Below are positions 53,031-61,898 of a stretch of DNA of 64,000 nt, piece by piece. The notes under the pieces were generated by a model, which saw nothing but the letters and a program-made list of their open reading frames with translations, did no database searches and was not told the origin of the DNA. The DNA comes from a virus. Numbering within the stretch: the stretch's first letter is position 1; each line of letters opens with the position of its first letter. The stretch covers positions 2,601-66,600 of the IMG/VR virus record IMGVR_UViG_3300022752_000059; one strand, written 5' to 3'. Made by a program: the position numbers and the translations under genes.

Positions 53031-53303
53031 TTAGCGCTTGCGAGAACGAGCCAGCGGCTTCTCTTTCGTAGCATGCCACTTGAAGTGGTCTTGTTGGTCA
53101 CGTTTAATTTCTTTGACGTCAGACGACAAGTCAAGGATGGCATTCATGACAATGCCATGGTCGGTGCGGTTTTCGTCCCGCAGTTCTTTAAGTTCTTCCG
53201 ACTGCTGTTGTTTCATCTCCAAAACAATCTTTATGAGGACGCCGATTCCGCTGGCGACAACTGGGATAGCGGCGGCGATAACTATTGCCCAGGCGTCCGA
53301 CAT
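53031..53303 (-). CDS. Single-TM plus coiled-coil membrane protein
   Basis: MSDAWAIVIAAAIP...EN..DH..V...H..WH. Confidence 0.65.
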   Translation of the reverse strand: MSDAWAIVIAAAIPVVASGIGVLIKIVLEMKQQQSEELKELRDENRTDHGIVMNAILDLSSDVKEIKRDQQDHFKWHATKEKPLARSRKR

Positions 53304-53305
53304 AC

Positions 53306-54073
53306 CTAAACCTTTGGACGCCCTCGACGAATCATGGACGTTGACGGCACCCCACGAGAAGGCGCATTTGCTTTCCAAGAAACCCAAGAAATTGCTTGGG
53401 CGTCAGCAGGACGAAGACCTTTGCGCTGACCAACGGTGCGCACGGCATCCGCAATTGTGTTGTAACGTCCAAAAGAGCCCAAACCACGATCAACAGTTTT
53501 CCATGGTTGTTTTAGTCCACCTGCAAGATCGGCTTGGTGTGTATCAACCACAACAATATTTTCATTTTCTGGATTAGTAATCAAGTCAGCGAAATTACGA
53601 ACTTTCAAACCTTCTGGAAACACATCACGATAGTGTTCCCCACCCATGATTCTGGTTGCCCATTTAAGTTGATGTTTTGTTGCTTTGGACCCCTGCATTG
53701 GTTCGCCGTGTTTCATGAAATGACGTGCTTCAGCAATATTTTTATCCCATTTGGTGCCATACGAACTAAGTGCCGCAGTAAGACCCGCACCTCGCTCTAT
53801 GTCCGAAGGACTGATTTCTTGAGCCATTTGATTGGCTTGTTTATACCAAGATAAACCTTCCTCACGTTGTTCTGGGGTAGAGATATCAATTGCTCTGGAA
53901 ATGTTGCCAAGCATTTTTGTAAACTGAGCCCCAGACATTGCTCGGCCTTGACCAACGGTAGATGGTGCTGATGCTTGTCGAATTGGAAGCAGGTTTGAGG
54001 TCGGCTCGACACGCTCAACAAATTGGAATCCAGCCTGCTCCAAACGTTTTGGATAGTTTCGTGGATTAGGCAT
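53306..54073 (-). CDS. DUF7178-like protein (HhH DNA-glycosylase-related)
   Basis: EGL.WY..A, AALS....W..N...A, KV..F...I, VVVD.H, Y..IA.A....G.......QA..W. Confidence 0.7.
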   Translation of the reverse strand: MPNPRNYPKRLEQAGFQFVERVEPTSNLLPIRQASAPSTVGQGRAMSGAQFTKMLGNISRAIDISTPEQREEGLSWYKQANQMAQEISPSDIERGAGLTAALSSYGTKWDKNIAEARHFMKHGEPMQGSKATKHQLKWATRIMGGEHYRDVFPEGLKVRNFADLITNPENENIVVVDTHQADLAGGLKQPWKTVDRGLGSFGRYNTIADAVRTVGQRKGLRPADAQAISWVSWKANAPSRGVPSTSMIRRGRPKV

Positions 54074-54263
54074 GGCTGCACCCGCAGTTAATGCCTTGTT
54101 CAAACTCCTTGCGCCGACGTCGGTATAGGTTGAGCGCCCGAGACGCACCCGCATACACGGGAGCGATCGGGAGCCCAGACGACGTTGTGGTCAGCGAGGA
54201 ATCGCCCTCAGCCGAGCCCTCAGCCGACGTGGGGCTCCCTGCGGGAGAGCCCACTGTCTGCAT
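54066..54263 (-). CDS. Small hypothetical protein
   Basis: Abuts the upstream stop (TAAATG); 8-nt overlap downstream. Confidence 0.4.
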   Translation of the reverse strand: MQTVGSPAGSPTSAEGSAEGDSSLTTTSSGLPIAPVYAGASRALNLYRRRRKEFEQGINCGCSHA

Positions 54264-54665
54264 TTAGTCGTTGACGACGGTTGGGTTCGGGCGGTTCATG
54301 TGTGCGCCCGAGTTGTACTCGTACTCAAAAGCGGGCATTGCATCGCCAGCCATCGAACCTTGGACGAACTCACGGAGAACCGCAGGAGCCTCAATCCACG
54401 AAGCCGAACCAACGTGAGCACGCTCACGCATGGTCTGCTCGGCACGCTTGTAGAACATCTCGGGGTTGTTGTGGTTCATTCGCATGGGCGACGGAGCCGT
54501 ATCGCTGTAGGCGCCGACGGCAAAGTCGTTCGGGACGTAAGTGTCGGTTGCGACACCTTCCTCGAAACGGAGCGGTCCCTTGTTCATCGGGATGCTCGGG
54601 GCCATGGCACGCTCAAACACGTTGGGCGAGCGCTCTGGAAATTGTGGTGCGGGTGCTACGTTCAC
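54264..54665 (-). CDS. Probable virion protein downstream of terminase
   Basis: RBS GGAGG; GPLRFEEG.ATDT.VP.DF, ERAHVGSA.W.EAP; codon bias similar to the capsid gene. Confidence 0.65.
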   Translation of the reverse strand: MNVAPAPQFPERSPNVFERAMAPSIPMNKGPLRFEEGVATDTYVPNDFAVGAYSDTAPSPMRMNHNNPEMFYKRAEQTMRERAHVGSASWIEAPAVLREFVQGSMAGDAMPAFEYEYNSGAHMNRPNPTVVND

Positions 54666-54715
54666 GTAAGCCTCCAAATAGTGTGGGTAATTACCGAATA
54701 CAAGATTAGCATTAT

Positions 54716-56296
54716 TTAGCGACTGAAGAATGGCGATTCCGCCACCTGTACCTGCGGCATGGTGTCGTGAATGGTCATGGCGCAGGCGATAGCCAGAGAG
54801 TCTGGATAGTCGTCAAAAGCGCCTTTTTCTTCAGGTGCTGCAGCAAGCATATACGGTCCACGGTAGGTTTTCTCGAGGTCCGACATTTGCTGGTTAAACC
54901 GTTTCCATGCCCGTGTACGACGTGCCTTTGAGTGACCAGGAATGATTAATTGGTCTCTCTGGATGAGTTCCGTAAGGTGCACCCATCGCTCATGCTGGGC
55001 TTTCTGGTCGGAACTCATGGCGACCACTTCGATGTCGGGGAGGAGAATTTGCATGCGCTCCGCCACGGCACCGCCAACACCCTGAGAGTCAATACCAATT
55101 CTTAGGATTTCGTAATTACGGAGGAAGTCAATAATTTCAAAGTACTGCTGCTCCCATTCGACGTTGTTGATTTCCAACCAGTTGAGGATGCGATGCTCGT
55201 AGAAACCAAACGGGTCTGGGTGGTCCCAGTCAACCCATACGACGGTCACCACGGTGGAGTCGTTTGATCGGGCGACGTCAATACCTACTACTACCTGGGT
55301 GCGCCACCATTGTTTCACGAGCGGCATGGACGGGTCGTACAAGCGCTCCATTCGTTCCTCGGTAACGAACATTCCTTTCTCAAGAATCCATCTGTTGCAA
55401 TATGACATCTGGAATTCGTCGGAGTCCTCGCCAATGCGAACCTTTTCTTTGGCGATGAACTTGGCATAGTTCTCGTTGTACTTGGCGGCAGTTCTCCAGT
55501 CGTATTCAAAGTGGACTGCACGCTGTCGTTTACCGCCGTTTACCATTCGTCGTTTGTTGAACTGAATCATCTTGTAGAAGTACGACTTGTTTTTGGTCGC
55601 CGTACCAGTCAGGCAAATACTCCCGTTGTTGAACGCCAGCATCGGTTTGATTGATTTGGCGATGACGAACTCGTCTGCTTCTTGTGCCTCGTCAATGAGG
55701 ACAAAATGGTAAGTCTTAGATTCGATCTTTGCCTTGGGGTTGCAAGTCTGCATTCGGCAAAGAGACCCAGACTTCTTCAAGGTGATAATTCGTCCTTTTC
55801 CACGGGCTCCACCTGAGGCTGTTTTATCGTCGATTTCAGGATCCAAAAGAAAGTCAACTGCATGGTCGCTGGTCAGTTTGTTGACGATGCGGCTGAACAC
55901 CGTATCCGCTTGGTCTTCGACTGGGGCGAATACTCCGCACCAAAAACCCTTCTCAAACTTGGACAACCACGTTGGGTAAATCTTCGACAGTTTGGGCAGG
56001 ATGACCATCATGGATGCGAGGACGTTGGACACGACCTCTGACTTACCGCTCTGTCGTGTGGCTACCACGGTCATTTCTTCGCCGTCTCCCAGAACGATTG
56101 ATTCGATCATTCGGTAAGCGATAGGAATTTGGTATGGGAACAATTCCACGTCGCAGAACTGCTCAGTGAACACGATGAGGCGCTTGACCAGTTCGTCGAC
56201 GAATTCCGCCGACGCCTCGTCAAGTTCAGGCGGCAGGCTCTCTTCTAGCGCCTGCTCGTCAGTTAATTCTTCGTCTAGTTCGTCCGTTACTGGCAC
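54716..56296 (-). CDS. terL: Terminase large subunit
   Basis: L.PYQ, RQSGKS, IDEAQ, GT, GIDVAR..D, FDDYPDSLA. Confidence 0.95.
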   Translation of the reverse strand: MPVTDELDEELTDEQALEESLPPELDEASAEFVDELVKRLIVFTEQFCDVELFPYQIPIAYRMIESIVLGDGEEMTVVATRQSGKSEVVSNVLASMMVILPKLSKIYPTWLSKFEKGFWCGVFAPVEDQADTVFSRIVNKLTSDHAVDFLLDPEIDDKTASGGARGKGRIITLKKSGSLCRMQTCNPKAKIESKTYHFVLIDEAQEADEFVIAKSIKPMLAFNNGSICLTGTATKNKSYFYKMIQFNKRRMVNGGKRQRAVHFEYDWRTAAKYNENYAKFIAKEKVRIGEDSDEFQMSYCNRWILEKGMFVTEERMERLYDPSMPLVKQWWRTQVVVGIDVARSNDSTVVTVVWVDWDHPDPFGFYEHRILNWLEINNVEWEQQYFEIIDFLRNYEILRIGIDSQGVGGAVAERMQILLPDIEVVAMSSDQKAQHERWVHLTELIQRDQLIIPGHSKARRTRAWKRFNQQMSDLEKTYRGPYMLAAAPEEKGAFDDYPDSLAIACAMTIHDTMPQVQVAESPFFSR

Positions 56297-56313
56297 CCAG
56301 CCAGTTTACGTTA

Positions 56314-56526
56314 TTACCAGAGCGAGAGTTGATCGCTGGATACGGTGACAGGTTCCTTGGAGACGGATGCCGACTCAAGGGCGTCAAGCAACGTGCGTGT
56401 ATTGACACGAACCTCTGCTCCAAGCGTGTTGATCGACATTGCCTCGTGCGGAAAAAGGTCCACAAGTAGTTGTCGGATGCGCTTGGCATCGCTGCTGCTT
56501 TCGGTCATGATTGTAATGGTTGTCAT
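56314..56526 (-). CDS. Small hypothetical protein (leaderless)
   Basis: TTGGCA-N17-TACAAT-N6-ATG. Confidence 0.55.
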   Translation of the reverse strand: MTTITIMTESSSDAKRIRQLLVDLFPHEAMSINTLGAEVRVNTRTLLDALESASVSKEPVTVSSDQLSLW

Positions 56527-56547
56527 GAGACCATTGTAGGTCGTAAG

Positions 56548-56778
56548 TCAGCCTTTGCCAACCCGCTCTTCCAACTCCTGCCATACGGCGTTCAACGCCT
56601 CTATGTGCTCGACAAGTTCGTCCTTGTTCTTATCGTGGTAACGGTATTTGTCAAAAGACGCCCCAAGCCCCATTATTGTGGATTCCATCCAGTTGTAGAG
56701 ACTGGGCGTGTCCATTTTCTTCAAGCGGGATGGGACAACCGCCTTCTGTTTTTCGGTTTTGAAAAGACGCATCACCAT
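56548..56778 (-). CDS. Small helical hypothetical protein
   Basis: Packed in the operon. Confidence 0.55.
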   Translation of the reverse strand: MVMRLFKTEKQKAVVPSRLKKMDTPSLYNWMESTIMGLGASFDKYRYHDKNKDELVEHIEALNAVWQELEERVGKG

Positions 56779-57044
56779 GACTCTATCTCGTCAACCGAAA
56801 CATCCAGCATGCGCCCGCCAACGGCGGAGAGCACGCCTTCGGTGTCATCGAGCGGGTACGTTCGCTTGCAGAAGCCTATCTGAAACGTCTTGTGTTTGAA
56901 TCGGATTTGTAGCCCTTTACCGTGACGCCAAGGATCGTCGATTTCTTTCATGAAGCCCGTGCAGATGACCCGAGTTCGGTTGTCGACAAAATCCCTTGTT
57001 ATCCAGTAAACGGGTCCGACTGATCGGACTTTGTTCATTTTCAC
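56772..57044 (-). CDS. Hypothetical protein
   Basis: E.D.PWR.G.GL; GTGA overlap. Confidence 0.55.
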   Translation of the reverse strand: MKMNKVRSVGPVYWITRDFVDNRTRVICTGFMKEIDDPWRHGKGLQIRFKHKTFQIGFCKRTYPLDDTEGVLSAVGGRMLDVSVDEIESW

Positions 57045-57490
57045 ATCCCTTGGAAATACGCTGCTACTTCGTCTCCAGTAGCCCTTCCGTAAGGATAGTT
57101 GTTCAAAACGGCGTTTATAAACTTTCCTTTAGAGCGGGAGGCGGCAAAAGCCTCATACACGCTCAACGGGACGTTGGTGTACTTCCATGGAGTGTCGTAT
57201 TTGATGAACCGAACAAATATTGTGCCATAGCGATCACCAAGCACTTCCTCCCCAGGGTTTGCCGATGTTGAGAATCTAAATGCCCGCACACGGCTACTTT
57301 CGCTGGGGTCGTGGTCGTCGTTGGGAACGTACTGAATCGGGGTCAGGTACTGGTTGGGGAACTCTCGTTCCCTCTTCTCCCGTTCACGTCTGCGCTCGGC
57401 TTCGATCGCATACGTTCCCGTGTACTGACCAAGAGCGTCGGCTATTCGAGCACGACTCTCTGGTGAGAGTCCTGGTCGGCGCCTAGCCAT
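57041..57490 (-). CDS. KTSC-domain protein
   Basis: SSRV....., VRF.....W.Y.NVP..VY.AF..S.SKGKFIN. Confidence 0.8.
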   Translation of the reverse strand: MARRRPGLSPESRARIADALGQYTGTYAIEAERRREREKREREFPNQYLTPIQYVPNDDHDPSESSRVRAFRFSTSANPGEEVLGDRYGTIFVRFIKYDTPWKYTNVPLSVYEAFAASRSKGKFINAVLNNYPYGRATGDEVAAYFQGM

Positions 57491-58044
57491 TACTCAACTT
57501 CAGTTGCGTTTGACGCCTTCCAGTCAAGGACTGCCTTTGGCGTCTTGTCACCGACGTAGTAGAACCAGTGCCACGGTTCTTCGGGCATGACTTCAAGCGA
57601 CCAACCAAATGTGGGTGCATTGAGGCAAAGCCATTCAAAGATTGCGCCCGAAGCGTTGGCAATGTCGCAAGCCAACCCGAGGTTGTGGCGAGACGTACCA
57701 GGCACAGCCATCGGCGCACCAGTGTGTCGGTAATATTCCTTACCTTCAAAGATTCGTGGTTTTTGACCAGCGATTACCTTGGTTGAATAACGGCTCAAGA
57801 ACCCACGCTTTTGCATTTCATAATCACGGTAAGTGTCGCCAGACGACGTCGGGACGATTTTGATCTTGTCCTGACGTGCTTTTGCACGCATCGCACGGTA
57901 AGCATCAGCGGCAAGGTGGTGCAACTTTCCTGACGGTTTGATGTCCACAAGGAGAGTGGCGGGCAACTTGCCTGGTTCGACACCCTTCAAGTCACTTGGA
58001 AGAACCAGTTTTTGGATTGCGGGAATTTGGTGCTTTACTTTCAT
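57490..58044 (-). CDS. M15-family peptidoglycan peptidase (endolysin candidate)
   Basis: YR.Y..Q, A.PGTSRHNLGLA.D, WL..NA..FGW, EPWHW. Confidence 0.88.
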   Translation of the reverse strand: MKVKHQIPAIQKLVLPSDLKGVEPGKLPATLLVDIKPSGKLHHLAADAYRAMRAKARQDKIKIVPTSSGDTYRDYEMQKRGFLSRYSTKVIAGQKPRIFEGKEYYRHTGAPMAVPGTSRHNLGLACDIANASGAIFEWLCLNAPTFGWSLEVMPEEPWHWFYYVGDKTPKAVLDWKASNATEVE

Positions 58045-58220
58045 ACTGTCTCTTTAACCTTTCGTGTTAAATCATGTGTTCGAAGTGGGTGTCCGAACGG
58101 AAGTCGTGTTCGTTTGCGACCCGCCTTAGTACCTGGAACTGTTTCAATTTGATTGGTCAAATAATTAAATCGAGTGCGTTGTTGGGCGCCTCGAGAAACT
58201 TTCTTATTCTTCTTCCCCAT
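58041..58220 (-). CDS. Small basic protein (59 aa)
   Basis: MGKKNKKVSRGAQQR...TRKVKETV*; ATGA overlap with the peptidase; not in the ORF track. Confidence 0.55.
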   Translation of the reverse strand: MGKKNKKVSRGAQQRTRFNYLTNQIETVPGTKAGRKRTRLPFGHPLRTHDLTRKVKETV

Positions 58221-58512
58221 TTGCGGTCACTTCCGTTGCTGGGGCTTCTTCTTCGCCCGATTGACTGATGGCACGTGCGCCAGACTTCATGAGGATTCCA
58301 GCAAGTGCGCCAGTAATGAACGTTGCAACGCTTGAGAGCACCGAGAAGAACATCTTGTCATTTTCTGCTTGTTCCCCAACTGGCTGGGCAACAAAAACGA
58401 GCGCATACAGGATGGCAATCGTCGTAAAGAAGAGAACTGCTGCAAGAGTGACGCCAACTACAAAACGGAGGCGTGAATCAAGTTCTTCGGTGTTATAGCG
58501 CTGTTTTGTCAT
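58204..58512 (-). CDS. Two-TM membrane protein (holin candidate)
   Basis: RL.F.VG..LA...ILYAL.FV.QP...Q..ND..F..VL..VA.FITG.LAG. Confidence 0.7.
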   Translation of the reverse strand: MTKQRYNTEELDSRLRFVVGVTLAAVLFFTTIAILYALVFVAQPVGEQAENDKMFFSVLSSVATFITGALAGILMKSGARAISQSGEEEAPATEVTANGEEE

Positions 58513-58688
58513 TGTCCAATATCTCCAATTAGATCTTTTGTGCACTGCCCCTCAACCTCGCACATGGGGGGATTACAGTCTTCGTTTTCCCAATTTGCAG
58601 GGTCTTGGCATTCGTAGCGGTAATACCCATCATAGCCACATCCACCGAGGGCGATGGCAAGGGCGACGACGAATAGGGTTCTACGCAC
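58509..58688 (-). CDS. Small Cys-rich lipoprotein (59 aa)
   Basis: MRRTLFVVALAIALGG-C lipobox; YRY.CQDP.NW...C.PP.C...G.C; TAAAAT-N6-GTG; not in the ORF track. Confidence 0.75.
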   Translation of the reverse strand: MRRTLFVVALAIALGGCGYDGYYRYECQDPANWENEDCNPPMCEVEGQCTKDLIGDIGQ

Positions 58689-58740
58689 CTACTAATTTTA
58701 GCAGAATTGTATTTTATCCAAATGATCAGTATTTACAAGG

Positions 58741-58995
58741 TCATTCGGCTACTTCGGTGGCAGGTGAAACGAACACATCATTCACCGCATCATAGAAGTC
58801 ACCGATACCTGCGTACTTGCCACGGAAGTTGCCGTTGTACGAAGTCTGTCGCCATTCGCCTGCGAGACCTAGCGATGCGATGAACGCCTGACCTGCGGCT
58901 TCTGACGCAGGGAAGTCACCGCCGCCGCAGTCATCGTTGGATACGACGATTACTTGTGCGACTTGACCATTGCTGATGCGTGCAAAGTGTGCCAT
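58741..58995 (-). CDS. Fibre-partner protein, MAHFA family (copy 1)
   Basis: MAHFA...QVIVV...W.QTSYN.NFR.KYAGIG..YD...DVF. Confidence 0.75.
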   Translation of the reverse strand: MAHFARISNGQVAQVIVVSNDDCGGGDFPASEAAGQAFIASLGLAGEWRQTSYNGNFRGKYAGIGDFYDAVNDVFVSPATEVAE

Positions 58996-59813
58996 TATGC
59001 GAACCTGTACCTAACGATGAAGATACCTGAACCGCCAGCGTAAGAAGCACGCCCGTCGCCACCGTCACCTGTATTCGCCGCACCAGCCGCACCAGACCCA
59101 ACATTGTATCCATCGCCGCCTTGTGCGTACTCAGTAAGCGTTCCATTGTCAAAGAAAAACGATAATCCTTCGCCACCCACACAACTAGTTGCGCTTGGTC
59201 GTTCACCGTTGCCCATACCACCAGCACCACCACCACCACTTCCACTCTCAGTATTGGTGTAGGCGTTGCCGCCACGATTACCATAGCCACGCCCATTAGA
59301 AGGCGATGTTTGTGTTGAAGCACCACCGTTCGGTTGAGCCGCACTATTACCAGCACCGCCACCGCCACCCGAACCGCCGCTATTACCAGCACCATAAACA
59401 GACCCGCCCTTACCACCGCCGTAAGCAGTAATCGTGGTCAAGCCTGTACCAGAGATAGATGAGTCAGAACCGTTAGTGTAAGAAGCACCGCCACCACCAA
59501 CAGTCACCGTGTAAGTCACGGCTGTCGGAACAAAGAAACCTGTGACTAATCCACCAGCACCGCCACCGCCATAATCGCCAGCACCACCGCCACCACCAAC
59601 AAGCAGATACTCACACACGGGATTAGTACCAAGCGCAGAAACAACGAATGAGCCATTAGCGGTGAACTTGTGGTAGTACCAAGTCACACCAAGCGACGAA
59701 TAAGAACCTGTCGTGTTGCCACCCGTCGCCGTGATGGGCGTGAACACAGCCGCACCACGCTTAGTCCACCCTGATACTGATGTGCCTGAGCGTGTGCGCT
59801 CACCGAAACGCAT
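58995..59813 (-). CDS. Glycine-rich fibre/adhesin protein
   Basis: ATGG...H.FT..G, YL.VGGGG.G, ANTG.GG, GGSG..IVRY. Confidence 0.75.
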   Translation of the reverse strand: MRFGERTRSGTSVSGWTKRGAAVFTPITATGGNTTGSYSSLGVTWYYHKFTANGSFVVSALGTNPVCEYLLVGGGGGAGDYGGGGAGGLVTGFFVPTAVTYTVTVGGGGASYTNGSDSSISGTGLTTITAYGGGKGGSVYGAGNSGGSGGGGGAGNSAAQPNGGASTQTSPSNGRGYGNRGGNAYTNTESGSGGGGAGGMGNGERPSATSCVGGEGLSFFFDNGTLTEYAQGGDGYNVGSGAAGAANTGDGGDGRASYAGGSGIFIVRYRFA

Positions 59814-59822
59814 CGCTACCCC

Positions 59823-60188
59823 TTACGGCGTGATTCTGTTGACGTAGCCGCCAATCATGACGACGTTTGCTGTTGCGGCAAAAGCGGTTACGGTACGGGC
59901 GGCAGAACCAGTGCCCATCAAAATCAAACCTGGGATTACCAAAATCAAACCAGACTCGGCGGTAATCGTCTGCTCAATGATGTCGTCGGGCGAAGTCGTG
60001 CCACCGAACTCAATCGTCAACTTGCGATCAGTCGTGTCGGAGTTGACTGCGTAGAGCCAAATCTCATCTTCAATGGTTGCAGACGTTCCAGTCGCATGAA
60101 TTGTCGTACCAGTCGTAGCGGTAGCGGCGACTTTGATGAGTCGACCACCAGTTGAACCGCTCAACTTTTCTTTACTAAATACTGCCAT
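59823..60188 (-). CDS. Small beta-sandwich fibre-associated protein
   Basis: G..IH......DEIWLYA.N, L.IPGL, AFA..ANV..I.GYVNRI. Confidence 0.6.
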   Translation of the reverse strand: MAVFSKEKLSGSTGGRLIKVAATATTGTTIHATGTSATIEDEIWLYAVNSDTTDRKLTIEFGGTTSPDDIIEQTITAESGLILVIPGLILMGTGSAARTVTAFAATANVVMIGGYVNRITP

Positions 60189-60197
60189 GAGTTTCTC

Positions 60198-60422
60198 CTA
60201 TCCGAAAATCTGTGTTCCCAAAATGATTTGGTCGTTATCACCAGAAGTAATTGACCCAGAAGGCAAAGACGAGTATGAAAGACTATTCCATGCCGTAGAA
60301 CCATTACCGATCTTATACCTTGCCGTATCCGTCTCGATGGCAAGTTCGCCCTCCATGAGGGTCGGGTTGGCGGAAGTCCAGTCAGCAGCCAATCCACGTC
60401 GTAATTGAATCTTTACAGCCAT
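60198..60422 (-). CDS. Stand-alone Mtd/hyaluronidase N-terminal-like fibre domain
   Basis: IQLRRG..A.WT..NP.L..GE...ETDT...KIG.G.T.WN.L.Y. Confidence 0.75.
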   Translation of the reverse strand: MAVKIQLRRGLAADWTSANPTLMEGELAIETDTARYKIGNGSTAWNSLSYSSLPSGSITSGDNDQIILGTQIFG

Positions 60423-60610
60423 TATATGACACCCCCACCGTCAACGCTTCCAGCCCCGCCATAGTTGGAGAATGGGCCGCCACCGTCGACGTTCAAACTG
60501 ATTGCCCCAGTAGTGACAACAATCCACTGCCCACCGTTGTATTCCCAAGTGCGTAGGTCATACGAATATCTTTGACCAGTCACGGGTGAGGCAGGGAAAT
60601 CGATGGGCAT
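60422..60610 (-). CDS. Small fibre adaptor-like protein
   Basis: MPIDFP.SP..GQ.Y.....TW.Y.G..W; DGG twice at the C-terminus. Confidence 0.6.
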   Translation of the reverse strand: MPIDFPASPVTGQRYSYDLRTWEYNGGQWIVVTTGAISLNVDGGGPFSNYGGAGSVDGGGVI

Positions 60611-60969
60611 TAAGCGGTCACTTCATCCCACTGCTGGTTGGCTTCGTTCCAAGTCCAATTGCCTTCGGCAGGCTTGGCAACGGGCGCTTCCCAATCAGCC
60701 GTTTCTTCGTTGAGAGTCCAAGACGCATAGGGCTGCGGGGAGACAAATGCATCAATGTCGGCATTGAACGTGAACCCGATACCAGCGTAACGCTTGCGGA
60801 AATTGCTGTTATACGACGTTTGCTTCCATGTTCCGCCCAACAGTTTGTTGCAGAATGCCGCACCGATTGCATCGGATTCTGGATATTCGCCCCCACCACA
60901 ATCGGCGTTTGAAACGACGATCACCTGAGTGACGACGTTGTTTTCGTTAATTTGGGCAAAATGTGCCAT
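60610..60969 (-). CDS. Fibre-partner protein, MAHFA family (copy 2, long form)
   Basis: MAHFA..., P.PY.SW.L.E....W.AP..P....W.W.E....W. Confidence 0.75.
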   Translation of the reverse strand: MAHFAQINENNVVTQVIVVSNADCGGGEYPESDAIGAAFCNKLLGGTWKQTSYNSNFRKRYAGIGFTFNADIDAFVSPQPYASWTLNEETADWEAPVAKPAEGNWTWNEANQQWDEVTA

Positions 60970-60999
60970 TGGTATCTCCTGTATGAGTGTTGTAGATAA

Positions 61000-61194
61000 T
61001 TATAGCCCGATCAAAGCGTTCACTTCATCCTCGGTTAGCCCCAAGGCTGCAAGTTTGACTTTGGCGGATTCTTTTGCGGCGAGTTTGGCTTCAAGGGCTT
61101 CTTGTTGAATGGATTGCTCAAGAAGGGTTTGTTCATAGTTTTGAACTTCCTCGAATGTCATATCTCTAACCTCATTGCCTATTTGTATTTTCAT
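61000..61194 (-). CDS. Small fibre chaperone-like protein
   Basis: RDMT.EE...AK..A..KL.ALGLT.DE..AL. Confidence 0.6.
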   Translation of the reverse strand: MKIQIGNEVRDMTFEEVQNYEQTLLEQSIQQEALEAKLAAKESAKVKLAALGLTEDEVNALIGL

Positions 61195-61202
61195 AGCCCC
61201 TC

Positions 61203-61871
61203 CTATGCCAGACCGTATACCCTATATTGACCACTAGATGCATTACTAAATGTAAATGTTAAACCAGTATGAGTTTCGGCAACACCGTAACTTCCACCAA
61301 AATGCCAACCTCCAAGCGATGCACCGCTTTGTGGGTCTGCTGTAGCAGTTCCATTCCAAACAGTATTTTTAGTGCTACTTGCCGCATTGCTTACATATAT
61401 TGTCCAACTGCATCGCCTTGCACTGCTTCCCACTGTCGCCTGCATTAATTGAAATGAGGTTGCGCCATTCACACCAAAAGTGCTTTGAGTATTGTTAAAT
61501 AATTGACCTATTCCACCACCATTATATGATGCTGCGGATTTAGTGCCTGAATTATCTCGTACTTGCAGAGACAGATTTGCTGCAGTTGAATCTGCCGATG
61601 CATCCATCATTACCAAATGATATTCGTGAGTGCTTGTAAATGTATTATTTGGTAAAGCGACAGAAGTTTGAGCACTAAAAGTTGTGCCCGTAATGTAGAT
61701 AAGACCGCTTGAATGCGTATACACCCACGCACTTCCGTTATACGCAGCAACCCTGTCCGTATCGGTTTCATAGATGAGTTGCCCTTCATAGGGAACAGAT
61801 GGGCGGGTTGTAGACGTACAAACACCTGGCTTGATGACGCTTGATGCGCCCAAAACTGAACTAAACGGCAT
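61203..61871 (-). CDS. Fibre/receptor-binding protein
   Basis: GVCTS.TRP..P.EGQ.IYETDT....Y.GSAW; F.STY-like segment; G..RVYG. Confidence 0.65.
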   Translation of the reverse strand: MPFSSVLGASSVIKPGVCTSTTRPSVPYEGQLIYETDTDRVAAYNGSAWVYTHSSGLIYITGTTFSAQTSVALPNNTFTSTHEYHLVMMDASADSTAANLSLQVRDNSGTKSAASYNGGGIGQLFNNTQSTFGVNGATSFQLMQATVGSSARRCSWTIYVSNAASSTKNTVWNGTATADPQSGASLGGWHFGGSYGVAETHTGLTFTFSNASSGQYRVYGLA

Positions 61872-61898
61872 AATGACCTCGATCCATATTAAACGATT

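Noticed and set aside
50007-54073. Shared xSxxQF motif (MSGAQF, VGHKQF) as a processing signal
   Set aside because: Only two weak, dissimilar instances; not distinguishable from chance here
54228-54254. Hairpin GTGGGCTCTCCC-GCA-GGGAGCCCCAC after the 54264 gene as a terminator or ncRNA
   Set aside because: Imperfect stem inside a plausible coupled ORF; cannot be separated from coding sequence
58045-58203. Apparent intergenic gap containing GTTCGAA as a possible tRNA
   Set aside because: No cloverleaf; the region is covered by a 59-aa minus-strand ORF with overlapping start and stop
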